Shown: positions 55,212 through 64,000 of the stretch, one piece after another
How positions within the stretch are numbered: the stretch's first letter is position 1
How the letters are laid out: each line of letters begins with the position of its first letter
NCBI GenBank assembly: GCA_049903315.1
Contig: JBNGBT010000005.1
Location: 199,475 to 263,474, forward strand
Length of the DNA: 64,000 bases
Direction: 5' to 3'
Source of the DNA: Candidatus Cloacimonadota bacterium
Lineage (GTDB): Bacteria > Cloacimonadota > Cloacimonadia > JGIOTU-2
Notes under the pieces: model-generated
Told to the model about the DNA's origin: nothing
What the model saw: only the letters and a program-made list of their open reading frames with translations
The model's database searches: none
Program-made: the position numbers and the translations under genes

Positions 55212-57995
55212 GTGGCTAAAAAAAGAAATGCAGTACAACAAGAACTAAGGTTTGATGAACTCTTTCTCAACAACGTTTTTGATGCAATTCAAGATGGCAT
55301 CAGTGTATTAAATCCTGACTTAACCATTATCCATACTAATAAAATTATGGAAAAAATGTATGCTCCTCACATGCCGTTAAAAGGGAAAAAATGTTTTGAA
55401 GTATATCAAGAAAGAAAATCAATGTGTCCATGGTGTCCTTCAAACAAAACCCTCCTTGATGGCAAGCGACACACAGAGATTGTGCCTTATCCTTCTGAAA
55501 ACAATCCGATAGGGTGGATAGAATTATCTTCATATCCAATGTTTGATAAAAGCGGCAAAGTCGCAGGTGTAATAGAAAATGTGAAGGATATCACAGACAG
55601 AAAATATGCTGAGGAAGTTGAGAAAGCATTGTATAATATTTCTCAAGCGGTGAATACCGTTGAAAATTCCTATGACTTATATGACAAAATCAGGGAATAT
55701 CTTGGAAGAATCATAGATACATCAAACTTTTTTATCGGCTTGTATGATGAAAAAGAGGATATACTTACAATACCATATAATGTTGATGAAAAGGATGAAT
55801 TTATACAACTATCTTATTATAAAGATAAAAAAGGAGATATCCCGATTATTCCTTTGAAGAAAACAATAACAGCACATGTTATTCGCACTGGCGAGTCACT
55901 CCTTGCAACGAATGCAGAATTACAGAAAATGCAAAAATCTGGTGCAGTTGAAGGTCTTGGAACATTACCTGAGATCTGGCTCGGTGTCCCTCTGAAGATC
56001 AACGATAAGGTCATTGGTGCGATTGTCGTACAAAACTATAATGACTCTGCAACATATACGGAAAGAGAGAAAAACATTCTTTCCAATGTAGCCAATCAGA
56101 TCGCACTTTCTCTACAGAAAAAACAAGCTTACAGCGCAGTACGTGATAGTGAAGAGAAATATCGAAAACTTCTAAAAAATTCGAACGACGTACTTGTAAT
56201 TATTGATAAGGATGCCCGGGAAATATTTGTCAGCGAATCAGTTGAAAAACTCACAGGATTCTCGGTTGAGGAATTCATCGGGACAAAAGGTTTTGAGCAT
56301 ATTCATCCAGATGATGTGCAGAGCATGAAAGAAAATCTTTATAAACTTATTGAACATCCTAAAGAGCAGGTTCGTGCCGAATACCGTCATCGTCATAAGG
56401 ATGGTTCATGGCTCTATCTGGAAGCTATTGGGACAAACTATTTTGATGACCCTTTGATTAATGGCATAGTCCTTAATGTGAGAGATATATCAGAGCGAAG
56501 AAAAGCAGATGAAGCACTTCGGAAAAGCGAAGAAAAATATCGTACTATCGTATCATCAATGGGGGATTTGATACTCTTGCATGATAAAGATAACAGGTAC
56601 ACAGAAGTACATTGCAAACCAGATTATCCTCTTTATATAAAACCTGAAGCATTCATTGGTAAAAAGGTTAGCGATACTATGCCAGGTCATGTAGCCAAGA
56701 AATTTGAAGAACTTGCAAAAGAGGTTCGGAAAACCGGTGAAACAAGACAAATGGAATATTCGCTGGTTATAGACAATAAAGAAATGTGGTTTGTAGGCAC
56801 TTTGAATCTTTATACTGATAAAGAAGGTATTGTATTTGATATAAGAGAAATCACTCCACGCAAGCAGGTACAAAAAATCCAGAAAACACTGTATAATATT
56901 TCACATGCGGTAAATACGGTTGAGAACATACAGGATTTATATTGGAAAATAAGAGAATATCTTGGCGAGGTTATTGATACAAAGAATTTTTATGTAGTGT
57001 TATATGATGAGAAAACAAATACAATATCTCTTCCTTTTGATGTTGATGAGATGGATAACTTTGACACTTTTCCGGTTGGTAAAACGCTCACTTCTTATGT
57101 GATAAAAACCGGAGAACCTCTTTTCGCTTCCAAAAAAATCCAGGATGAACTTGCACGGCAAGGTAAGATTGAAATCATCGGTTCGCGTTCAGAAATTTGG
57201 GTCGGTATTCCGCTTAAATCTGACGGAAAAGTTATTGGTGCTTTAGCAGTTCAAAGTTATGATAATCCTCATCTGTATACAGAAAAAGATATTGATATTT
57301 TGACCTTCATTTCAGAAGAAATCGTACATGCAATTCAGCACAAACAAGCAGATGAAATACTCAAAAAAGAGCTTAAGGAAAAGAAGGTCCTTTTAAGAGA
57401 AATACATCATAGAGTAAAAAATAACCTACAGACAATATCCGGACTTCTGCAGCTTCAGCAATACAAGATTAAAACAAAAGAAGATGCTATCAAAGGATTT
57501 GAAGTAAGCCAAGACAGAATTCTTGCAATGGCAAAAGCATACGAAACATTGCTCGAGTCTAAGTATATGTCCGATGTCGGAATTGGAGAGTATATCAAGT
57601 CCATTGCAGAACAGCTTAAGGGAAACTACGATATACATAATAAAGTTGAATATAAGTTTTCTCTTGATGAGGTTATTATTGATACAGATAGATTAGGCAA
57701 GATCGGGCTTATCATAAATGAAATTATTACAAATGCAATGAAATATGCATTCCTGGATAAAAAGAAGGGTAAGATCAAAATTACCCTGAAGAATGTTAAA
57801 GAAAATTTTCAAATATGTATTTCGGACAATGGCAGTGGTATTCCAAAAGAGGTGGAAGTTCATAATCCGGTTACACTTGGCTTATCTCTTGTTGAAATGC
57901 TGGTTACTGAACTTGAGGGAACACTTACGATAAAAAAAGATAAAGGAGCGTGCTTCAATATAGTATTGCCAAAAGAACGAGAACGAGGATTCTGA
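55212..57995 (+). CDS. Cytoplasmic PAS/GAF sensor histidine kinase (HisKA_2 type)
   Basis: PAS-GAF-PAS-PAS-GAF, then LREIHHRVKNNLQ, NEIITNAMKYAF, ISDNGSG, TLGLSLV. AGGAGG RBS before GTG. Confidence 0.92.
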   Translation: MAKKRNAVQQELRFDELFLNNVFDAIQDGISVLNPDLTIIHTNKIMEKMYAPHMPLKGKKCFEVYQERKSMCPWCPSNKTLLDGKRHTEIVPYPSENNPIGWIELSSYPMFDKSGKVAGVIENVKDITDRKYAEEVEKALYNISQAVNTVENSYDLYDKIREYLGRIIDTSNFFIGLYDEKEDILTIPYNVDEKDEFIQLSYYKDKKGDIPIIPLKKTITAHVIRTGESLLATNAELQKMQKSGAVEGLGTLPEIWLGVPLKINDKVIGAIVVQNYNDSATYTEREKNILSNVANQIALSLQKKQAYSAVRDSEEKYRKLLKNSNDVLVIIDKDAREIFVSESVEKLTGFSVEEFIGTKGFEHIHPDDVQSMKENLYKLIEHPKEQVRAEYRHRHKDGSWLYLEAIGTNYFDDPLINGIVLNVRDISERRKADEALRKSEEKYRTIVSSMGDLILLHDKDNRYTEVHCKPDYPLYIKPEAFIGKKVSDTMPGHVAKKFEELAKEVRKTGETRQMEYSLVIDNKEMWFVGTLNLYTDKEGIVFDIREITPRKQVQKIQKTLYNISHAVNTVENIQDLYWKIREYLGEVIDTKNFYVVLYDEKTNTISLPFDVDEMDNFDTFPVGKTLTSYVIKTGEPLFASKKIQDELARQGKIEIIGSRSEIWVGIPLKSDGKVIGALAVQSYDNPHLYTEKDIDILTFISEEIVHAIQHKQADEILKKELKEKKVLLREIHHRVKNNLQTISGLLQLQQYKIKTKEDAIKGFEVSQDRILAMAKAYETLLESKYMSDVGIGEYIKSIAEQLKGNYDIHNKVEYKFSLDEVIIDTDRLGKIGLIINEIITNAMKYAFLDKKKGKIKITLKNVKENFQICISDNGSGIPKEVEVHNPVTLGLSLVEMLVTELEGTLTIKKDKGACFNIVLPKERERGF

Positions 57996-58122
57996 TTAGG
58001 GATAGATTTTTCTTCTTCTGTTTGCATTGTTTTACCAAGTCAAAATCTGTATGACTCCCATCAATTTGAAATGCTAAAAACAATTTACAGACCATAAAAA
58101 TATCAGGCATATAAAAAAAAAT

Positions 58123-58158
58123 TTGACAAAATTATTAAGTAGTAAATAAAAGTACTAC
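58123..58158 (+). promoter_or_regulatory. Promoter with inverted-repeat operator upstream of the TrmB-like gene
   Basis: TTGACA at 58123-58128; GTAGTA-N8-TACTAC at 58139-58158 straddling the probable -10. Confidence 0.5.
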
Positions 58159-58165
58159 CAAAAAC

Positions 58166-59026
58166 ATGGAGTGCTCATTGGAAAAGAACATTATCAATAG
58201 TTTACAGAATAGTGGCTTCAAAGAGAGCGAAGCTGAAATATATCTTTTGCTTCTTGAAGAACCGAATATAACGGGTTATCGCATATCAAAGTTGTTAAAA
58301 AAAACAAAGCCCTCGATATATAAAACTCTTGAAGTCCTGCAGAAGAAAGGACTCGTCCTTGCAAATCAAACAGAAAATGCCCAGGTATTTACTGCTGTAC
58401 CTATACAAGAATATTTCAATCAAAAAGAAAAAGAGCTCAAACTCAAACGTGCTGAGATCGCTGAAGCTCTTAAAAATATCAGACCAGGTCCCATTAAATC
58501 CGGTCTTTTCCCATTTGAAAGACTCGATCAGTTCATCACAAAAGCGGTAGAGATAATAAGAAAGGCGGAGAGAGTAATTCTTGTTGCTTGTTGTAGTATT
58601 CCTTACCAGGAAATCACAGAAGAACTCGAAGGGGCAGCATCGAGAGGAGTAAAGGTTCTGATAGAAAGTCCTTCTCCTCATCCTGAAGTACAGGGATGTG
58701 AGTTTGCATTTCATCAAACCAGCAAAAACAGTGGTGATTTTGAAATAAACTGGCTCGAGATCTTTGTTGATGCCCGTGAATATGTGTTATCACTTACTTC
58801 TAAGGATGGACACCAATTATTCAGATCTATCTGGTGTAATGAGCAATATCTTTCACAACTGACTTTTAACTCCAACCTTGGCTCATTTATTCTCACAAAG
58901 GTTCGGCAACTACTCAAAGAAGATCACACTTCTGATGAGATAACCGGTATTGTAAATACTATGGTTAAAACATACTATCAAGGCATCGAAGTAAATAAAA
59001 TAAAAAAACGAATGGAGGTCTCATGA
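58166..59026 (+). CDS. TrmB-family transcriptional regulator
   Basis: L...GF.ESEA.IY..LL...ITGY.ISK......SIY..L..L.KKG.V, then a PLD-like effector domain (I.KAE..I, AA.RGVKV). Confidence 0.82.
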   Translation: MECSLEKNIINSLQNSGFKESEAEIYLLLLEEPNITGYRISKLLKKTKPSIYKTLEVLQKKGLVLANQTENAQVFTAVPIQEYFNQKEKELKLKRAEIAEALKNIRPGPIKSGLFPFERLDQFITKAVEIIRKAERVILVACCSIPYQEITEELEGAASRGVKVLIESPSPHPEVQGCEFAFHQTSKNSGDFEINWLEIFVDAREYVLSLTSKDGHQLFRSIWCNEQYLSQLTFNSNLGSFILTKVRQLLKEDHTSDEITGIVNTMVKTYYQGIEVNKIKKRMEVS

Positions 59027-60114
59027 AAAAAGGAACATTATTATTACTCGTACTGAGCATAGGGGTGAGTTGTTATGCTCAGAATTTATTGAATGGACCG
59101 GAGGATATGATCTACTATCCTGCAACAGGCTGCTTTTATGTTTCAAACTGGGCAGGGAACAACATTATTTGTATTGATCAGGACGAAAATCAGACATTAT
59201 TCAAATCAAATGTATCGCACGCTCATGGAATGATGCGCTTCGGAGATACACTCGTTGTCGCAACCAATAGTTATATTAAGAAGATCGATCTGCAAAGTTC
59301 TGTGACGTTGCAATCATACTACGTAACCGGTGCATATCGATTGGGGCATCTCACTGTTGATACTTCGGGTATTATCTATGCTTCAGATTGGGATAGAAAT
59401 AAGATATTCACCCTTGATCCATCCACTGGACAGTCAACAACACTTGCAAGCAACCTCCCAACACCTGTGGGTATTTCCTATGATGCTGATAATTCACGCT
59501 TGATCCTTTGCTGTATGGACGATTATGCTCCAGTGAGAGCAGTTGATATTTCAACTGGAGAAGTATCTGAAATTGGCTATCCTAATCTTGGCTCACTCGA
59601 TGCCATCACTGAAGATGATGATGGGAACTACTATATTTCTGTATGGTCGCAAAGTGCTGTATACAAATTTGATCATGATTTTCTCAATACTCCCGAACTG
59701 ATCTCATCAGGTCACAATGGACCTTCCGGTCTGGAATTTTATTCAGAATTAAATTCTATTGGCGTTAGCAATTACAACACGAATTCAGTATCTATAATGC
59801 CTCTTGGAACCGCAATTGATGATCCGATTTCAGGGAGCAACCTGTCTTGTATATCATATCCGAATCCTTTTCAGCAATGTGTAAATATTTCATTTAATGC
59901 TTCTTCAGTACAATCTCGATTTGAGAGGGGAGCTGTTTATAACGTAAAGGGACAGCACATAATAGAGTTGCAATTAATGAGGAATGAAAATACTTTTACA
60001 ACGACCTGGGATGGTCTTAATGCACAGGGAAACACAGTAGCACCAGGGATTTATATGTTCATTACTGGAGATGATAAGAGCAAAATCGTTCATAAATTCC
60101 AATTGATAAAATAA
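59023..60114 (+). CDS. Secreted SMP-30/beta-propeller protein with FlgD-Ig/T9SS-like C-terminal domain
   Basis: Signal peptide, LNGPE, YVSNW, LDAI..D.DGNYYIS.W, YPNPF...VYNVKGQ...WDGLN..G..VAPGIY. Confidence 0.8.
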   Translation: MKKGTLLLLVLSIGVSCYAQNLLNGPEDMIYYPATGCFYVSNWAGNNIICIDQDENQTLFKSNVSHAHGMMRFGDTLVVATNSYIKKIDLQSSVTLQSYYVTGAYRLGHLTVDTSGIIYASDWDRNKIFTLDPSTGQSTTLASNLPTPVGISYDADNSRLILCCMDDYAPVRAVDISTGEVSEIGYPNLGSLDAITEDDDGNYYISVWSQSAVYKFDHDFLNTPELISSGHNGPSGLEFYSELNSIGVSNYNTNSVSIMPLGTAIDDPISGSNLSCISYPNPFQQCVNISFNASSVQSRFERGAVYNVKGQHIIELQLMRNENTFTTTWDGLNAQGNTVAPGIYMFITGDDKSKIVHKFQLIK

Positions 60115-60159
60115 AAAATATCACAAATTAATTGACAACATTTCACACGTGTACACTAA

Positions 60160-60177
60160 ATTACACATATGTGTAAT
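60160..60177. promoter_or_regulatory. Perfect 18-bp palindrome, probable TetR operator
   Basis: ATTACACATATGTGTAAT, about 30 nt upstream of the TetR start and downstream of TTGACA (60132-60137). Confidence 0.7.
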
Positions 60178-60206
60178 AAAAACACGGACGTAAAATCGGA
60201 GTAAGT

Positions 60207-60827
60207 ATGAATAGAAAAGAAAGAGAAATGCTCAGAAGAAAGAACGAGATCATCGAAGCAGCGCGAATCCTCTTCTCTGAAAAGGGGATCGAAGAAGTCA
60301 CGATGGATGAAATCGCGAAACGGGCTGAATTTACCAGGAGAACACTGTACTCGTATTTTCAAAGCAAGATAGATCTGGTAGTAGAAGTTGTTCTGAAAGC
60401 ATTTTCTCTAGCTGCTGATAATTTTCTGTCAATTCGCTCTTTAAGCTGTAATCCTTATGAAAAATTGGTAGAACTGGCTAAGGTTTATCTCCAATTCTTT
60501 AAGGATAATCCAATTTATTACTCTTTACTTCAACAATGCGATCTGGCTATTCATAATGATAGGGATAAACTGAGTCCAGGTGTGCTCCAAGACATTGAAG
60601 CTGATCCTCTTGATATCGATTCGATTGCAAAGGAATGCTTCGAAGAGGGAGTTCATGATGGAACTTTCTATGAAGATGTTCGACCGGACTTGGCAGCAAC
60701 ATTTTTTTTCAAATCACTGTATGGTATTGTACATCAGTATGTTTTACATCCGCAATTTCCGGAAGATGATTTTTATAAGGAATTGCATTATTTATTACGA
60801 GGTTTAACAAAACAGACGGAGGTCTAA
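60207..60827 (+). CDS. TetR/AcrR-family transcriptional regulator
   Basis: RKNEIIEAARILFSEKG.EEVTMDEIAKRAEFTRRTLYSYFQSK. Confidence 0.93.
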   Translation: MNRKEREMLRRKNEIIEAARILFSEKGIEEVTMDEIAKRAEFTRRTLYSYFQSKIDLVVEVVLKAFSLAADNFLSIRSLSCNPYEKLVELAKVYLQFFKDNPIYYSLLQQCDLAIHNDRDKLSPGVLQDIEADPLDIDSIAKECFEEGVHDGTFYEDVRPDLAATFFFKSLYGIVHQYVLHPQFPEDDFYKELHYLLRGLTKQTEV

Positions 60828-61450
60828 TGAAGAAGTTACTAATTATTGGAGTAGCAATAGTAATACTGCTCTTGGGGTCAATTCAGCTTTTTGCTGATGA
60901 TGTGAAAGCGTTGGTGGTAGTTCCATACTTGTTTGGAGCTAACAGTTTTTTGAGCATAGAAAAATTGCATGAAATGGGCTGGGAAATCACTACAACGGGT
61001 TTGACAAATACTGTCCAGCCCTGTTTCTGGGGAGATCCATTATCAGTTGATTTCCTGGTATCTGAGGTCACTAACATTACTGATTATGATTGCCTGATCC
61101 TTTGTCCTGCCCAATCCTATGCCAGTCCTTCCAGTGCGTATAGCACGATCCTCAATTCGACTGCAGCGATGGACTTATTTGTCAATGCGAACGCCAACGG
61201 TCTGGTTATCTTCGCCACCTGTGCCGGCGTGCGTTGTCTTGCTGCTGCGGATATCATTAATGGTGTGAACATCACAGGAAAAGATTACTATATCAATGAA
61301 TATACTGCAGCTGGTGCAAATTTTCTCGGTTCGGGGATTCCGGCAGTCATCGATGGTAATATCGTCACGTCAACCCGCGGTCAGTACTACTGGCAGCAAA
61401 ACATCGAAGCGATCAGGACAGCAATGGAAAACCTGATCAGTTCACGCTAG
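60827..61450 (+). CDS. Exported DJ-1/PfpI-family protein
   Basis: Signal peptide, DYDCLIL.P, IFATCAG..CLAAAD.I.G..ITG, VIDGNIVTS. Confidence 0.8.
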   Translation: MKKLLIIGVAIVILLLGSIQLFADDVKALVVVPYLFGANSFLSIEKLHEMGWEITTTGLTNTVQPCFWGDPLSVDFLVSEVTNITDYDCLILCPAQSYASPSSAYSTILNSTAAMDLFVNANANGLVIFATCAGVRCLAAADIINGVNITGKDYYINEYTAAGANFLGSGIPAVIDGNIVTSTRGQYYWQQNIEAIRTAMENLISSR

Positions 61451-61460
61451 GGGAGGAATC

Positions 61461-63881
61461 ATGAAAAAAATAATATTACTTACAATATTTCTTCTTTTAC
61501 TGTGCAGTACTGCTTTTGCTGACTTTCATCCTTTATGGTCACAAACGTATGGCGGAATTTCTGCAGACGGTGCCAAAGCGATCATCGAGGCAAACGATGG
61601 CGGTCTTATTATTGCTGGATATACTTATTCAGACAGCTATGGATATCAGGATATGTATGTGTTGAAAATTGATGATAACGGCAACGAAGTTTGGAGCAAT
61701 CATTTTGGTGGTTCAAATTTCGATGCGGCATTCTCAATATGCAAAACAATAGATGAAGACGGGTACATTCTACTCGGAAATACGGCTTCTTTTGGGGAAG
61801 GTTCAAAAGATATTTATGCGGTGAAAATAAGCAACACCGGGGCTGAGGATTGGTCTAAAACGTATGGTGGAACTGGCGTGGATATGGGGAGAGGAATAAC
61901 TCGAACATCGGATGATGCATACGTGATTTGCGGGTACACAGAATCCTTTGGCGCTGGTGAAGATGATATGTATGTACTCAAGATCGATGCAAATGGTGAC
62001 ACACTATGGACGAAAACAGTCGGCACTTCACATTCTGAAACTGCTGAGAATGTGATCGAAACATCGGACGGTCATTACCTTGTAGTCGGATCAACAGGTA
62101 TATATGATACTCCGGGCGTGACTACAGGAAACAACAGGGATATCTATCTTGTAAAAATGGATGCCTCGGGCAACGTGACCGATGAAGGCATCTACTGGGT
62201 CATGACATCCGGGCAAGGCAGCTATGATGACGGATTCGATGTGTGCGAAACTCCTGACGGAGGATTCGTCTTGATAGGGGGATGTACGCAGGAATCTGTG
62301 GAAGTCATGGATGTCGCATTGATCAAAACTAATGAGAATCTGGGAATGGAATGGAAAAATCATCTCGAAGTACCGGAATGTGCCTTCTATGATTTCGCGA
62401 AATCCCTCGTATATTGTCCGCTCGACAATACCTATCTTATTTGCGGATCAGCAGAATATCCCGATTTCTCGACCGATCTGTTCATCATGAAAGTGGATGA
62501 TGAAGGAAATATGCTGTGGACACAGACATATGGTGGAGCCGGCAATCAGAGTGGCTTTGATATTCTTGTCAGCAGTACAGGCTATTGCTATGTGGTCGGG
62601 CAGGCATATCTCTATGGAGGTGGCGGCTATAATGTATGGCTCTTAAAATTCATCGAACTCTCTGCGGATTTCGAAGCAACACCGAATTCGGGACACGCTT
62701 CACTTGAAGCCGAGTTCAGCAATTTTGTTCTCGGAGATGTTGATTCCTTTGAATGGGATCTTGATGGTGATGGCACGATAGATAGTTTTGAGCCAACACC
62801 ATCGTGGACGTATGCTGACACTGGATATTACGATGTGAGCTTAACTGTGACTGCGGACACATTTTCTCTAACAGAACTCAAAGAGGATTATATCCGCGTA
62901 TTTGACGGACAAAGTTCACTCGAGTTCGAATCCGGTAACAGCAGGGTGACGTGTTCGTCAGAATATTATCCGGGCATGATAGGGGAGTTCACTGTCGAAG
63001 CATGGATATATCCGACAGATTACGGTATTGATCCCTTCTTTGGCTTTGGAAGGATCTTTGAGAGATATTCCATCCTTGTGTATTTATCGAACCAGTTTCC
63101 CACACTCACTGTTCATAGTCTTGTTGCCCAGATCCAGGATGCGAGTAATGCGAATCTGTTCTTTGCTTCAGAGGATAATTCGATCAACCTGCATGAATGG
63201 CAGCATATAGCTGTGACGTATGATGGAATCAATGAGGTTGCACTCTATATTAATGGTGTGAATAAGCTTTCCTATCAATCCGGCGTATTGTCCGGAGCAA
63301 TTAAAGAAAATGAAGAGTATGATATGCTTATAGGGAACAGCACTGATTTTGCGAAATCATTTTTCGGAAAAATAGATGAAGTGCGCATCTGGAATGTATG
63401 CAGAACTGAAGTAGAAATACAGTCATGTATGCACAATTATTTACATGGGTATGAAACCGGTTTGATCAGCTATTTAACCTTAAATGATGGCTATGGCAAT
63501 GATGCCTTTGATGAAGCTGTCGGACAAAATGCCCTGATAACCGCTCCGTATTGGACTCAGGGTTATCCTCTCGATCCTGTGAGTATTGATCCCGGCATTG
63601 AACCTGAAAAATTTACGCTTTCAGTGTATCCAAATCCAGCGTGCAATACGATCCATTTTTCTTTTTCTGCGAAAAGTACAGAATGCACAGAGATCAACAT
63701 ATACAATATACTCGGACAAAAAGTGAATACGTTGCAGGATGAAAAAGATACACAAACTCCCGGGCTAATGACCTGGAATTGTACGGATTTCAAAGGCAAC
63801 AAACTGGCAAACGGCATCTATTTTTGTGAACTGGTACAACAAGAACATAAAAAGATAAAACAATTGCTCCTTCTGAGATAA
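61461..63881 (+). CDS. Secreted beta-propeller + PKD + LamG + FlgD-Ig/T9SS-like C-terminal domain protein
   Basis: W.KTYGG/D.Y.LKID..G repeats, ADFEATP.SG...WDLDGDG.ID...GYYDVSLTV (PKD), FTVEAWIYP...WQHIAVTYDG...GKIDEVRIWN (LamG), YPNP...IYNILGQ. Confidence 0.85.
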   Translation: MKKIILLTIFLLLLCSTAFADFHPLWSQTYGGISADGAKAIIEANDGGLIIAGYTYSDSYGYQDMYVLKIDDNGNEVWSNHFGGSNFDAAFSICKTIDEDGYILLGNTASFGEGSKDIYAVKISNTGAEDWSKTYGGTGVDMGRGITRTSDDAYVICGYTESFGAGEDDMYVLKIDANGDTLWTKTVGTSHSETAENVIETSDGHYLVVGSTGIYDTPGVTTGNNRDIYLVKMDASGNVTDEGIYWVMTSGQGSYDDGFDVCETPDGGFVLIGGCTQESVEVMDVALIKTNENLGMEWKNHLEVPECAFYDFAKSLVYCPLDNTYLICGSAEYPDFSTDLFIMKVDDEGNMLWTQTYGGAGNQSGFDILVSSTGYCYVVGQAYLYGGGGYNVWLLKFIELSADFEATPNSGHASLEAEFSNFVLGDVDSFEWDLDGDGTIDSFEPTPSWTYADTGYYDVSLTVTADTFSLTELKEDYIRVFDGQSSLEFESGNSRVTCSSEYYPGMIGEFTVEAWIYPTDYGIDPFFGFGRIFERYSILVYLSNQFPTLTVHSLVAQIQDASNANLFFASEDNSINLHEWQHIAVTYDGINEVALYINGVNKLSYQSGVLSGAIKENEEYDMLIGNSTDFAKSFFGKIDEVRIWNVCRTEVEIQSCMHNYLHGYETGLISYLTLNDGYGNDAFDEAVGQNALITAPYWTQGYPLDPVSIDPGIEPEKFTLSVYPNPACNTIHFSFSAKSTECTEINIYNILGQKVNTLQDEKDTQTPGLMTWNCTDFKGNKLANGIYFCELVQQEHKKIKQLLLLR

Positions 63882-63901
63882 ACGAGCTGTGTGCTACCCA
63901 A

Positions 63902-63938
63902 GCGGCGAATGGCAGAGATGTTCTTCGCCGTTTTTTTT
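63902..63938 (+). terminator. Probable rho-independent terminator
   Basis: GCGGCGAA...TTCGCCGT followed by a long T-run. Confidence 0.7.
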
Positions 63939-63946
63939 ATTACCTA

Positions 63947-63976
63947 CTCGTTCCTAAGCCCAAGCTTGGGCACGCA
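63947..63976. repeat. Degenerate REP-like palindrome
   Basis: CTCGTTCCTAAGCCCAAGCTTGGGCACGCA, an imperfect hairpin at the window edge. Confidence 0.4.
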
Positions 63977-64000
63977 ATTATGGTATCCGAGCCGTCATGG

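Overview
This is a 64 kb chromosomal window from a diderm, probably anaerobic bacterium. Evidence for that: lnt, a peptidoglycan amidase, a PorV-like barrel, polA, tmRNA, a type A RNase P RNA, and several secreted proteins with FlgD-Ig/T9SS-like C-terminal domains. The style of those C-terminal domains suggests the FCB group, Cloacimonadota-like (inference). The standout feature is an apparently complete archaeal-type route to 4'-phosphopantetheine at 2522-8527: pantoate kinase, phosphopantothenate synthetase, panE, panB, an MfnA-type PLP decarboxylase and an archaeal-type coaBC. It is translationally coupled to a bacterial lnt-merR operon and interrupted by a truncated four-helix-bundle gene flanked by inverted heptamer arrays. 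The window also contains: the end of a very AT-rich ORC/CDC6-like ATPase island (candidate defence system); rnpB with an expanded P18 region; ssrA (tag ADENLALAA) with a GIY-YIG mini-element at its 3' end; tRNA-Thr(CGT); a selenocysteine-containing selD (in-frame TGA plus SECIS-like hairpin, missed by the ORF track); a secreted prenyltransferase-barrel/YdjY/DUF11/PorV locus; a DUF134-DUF5320-NifB/NifX-ferredoxin ATPase operon carrying a GxxExxY element and empty repeat footprints; and regulator-plus-secreted-protein modules. All family assignments come from motif recognition by eye; no searches were run.
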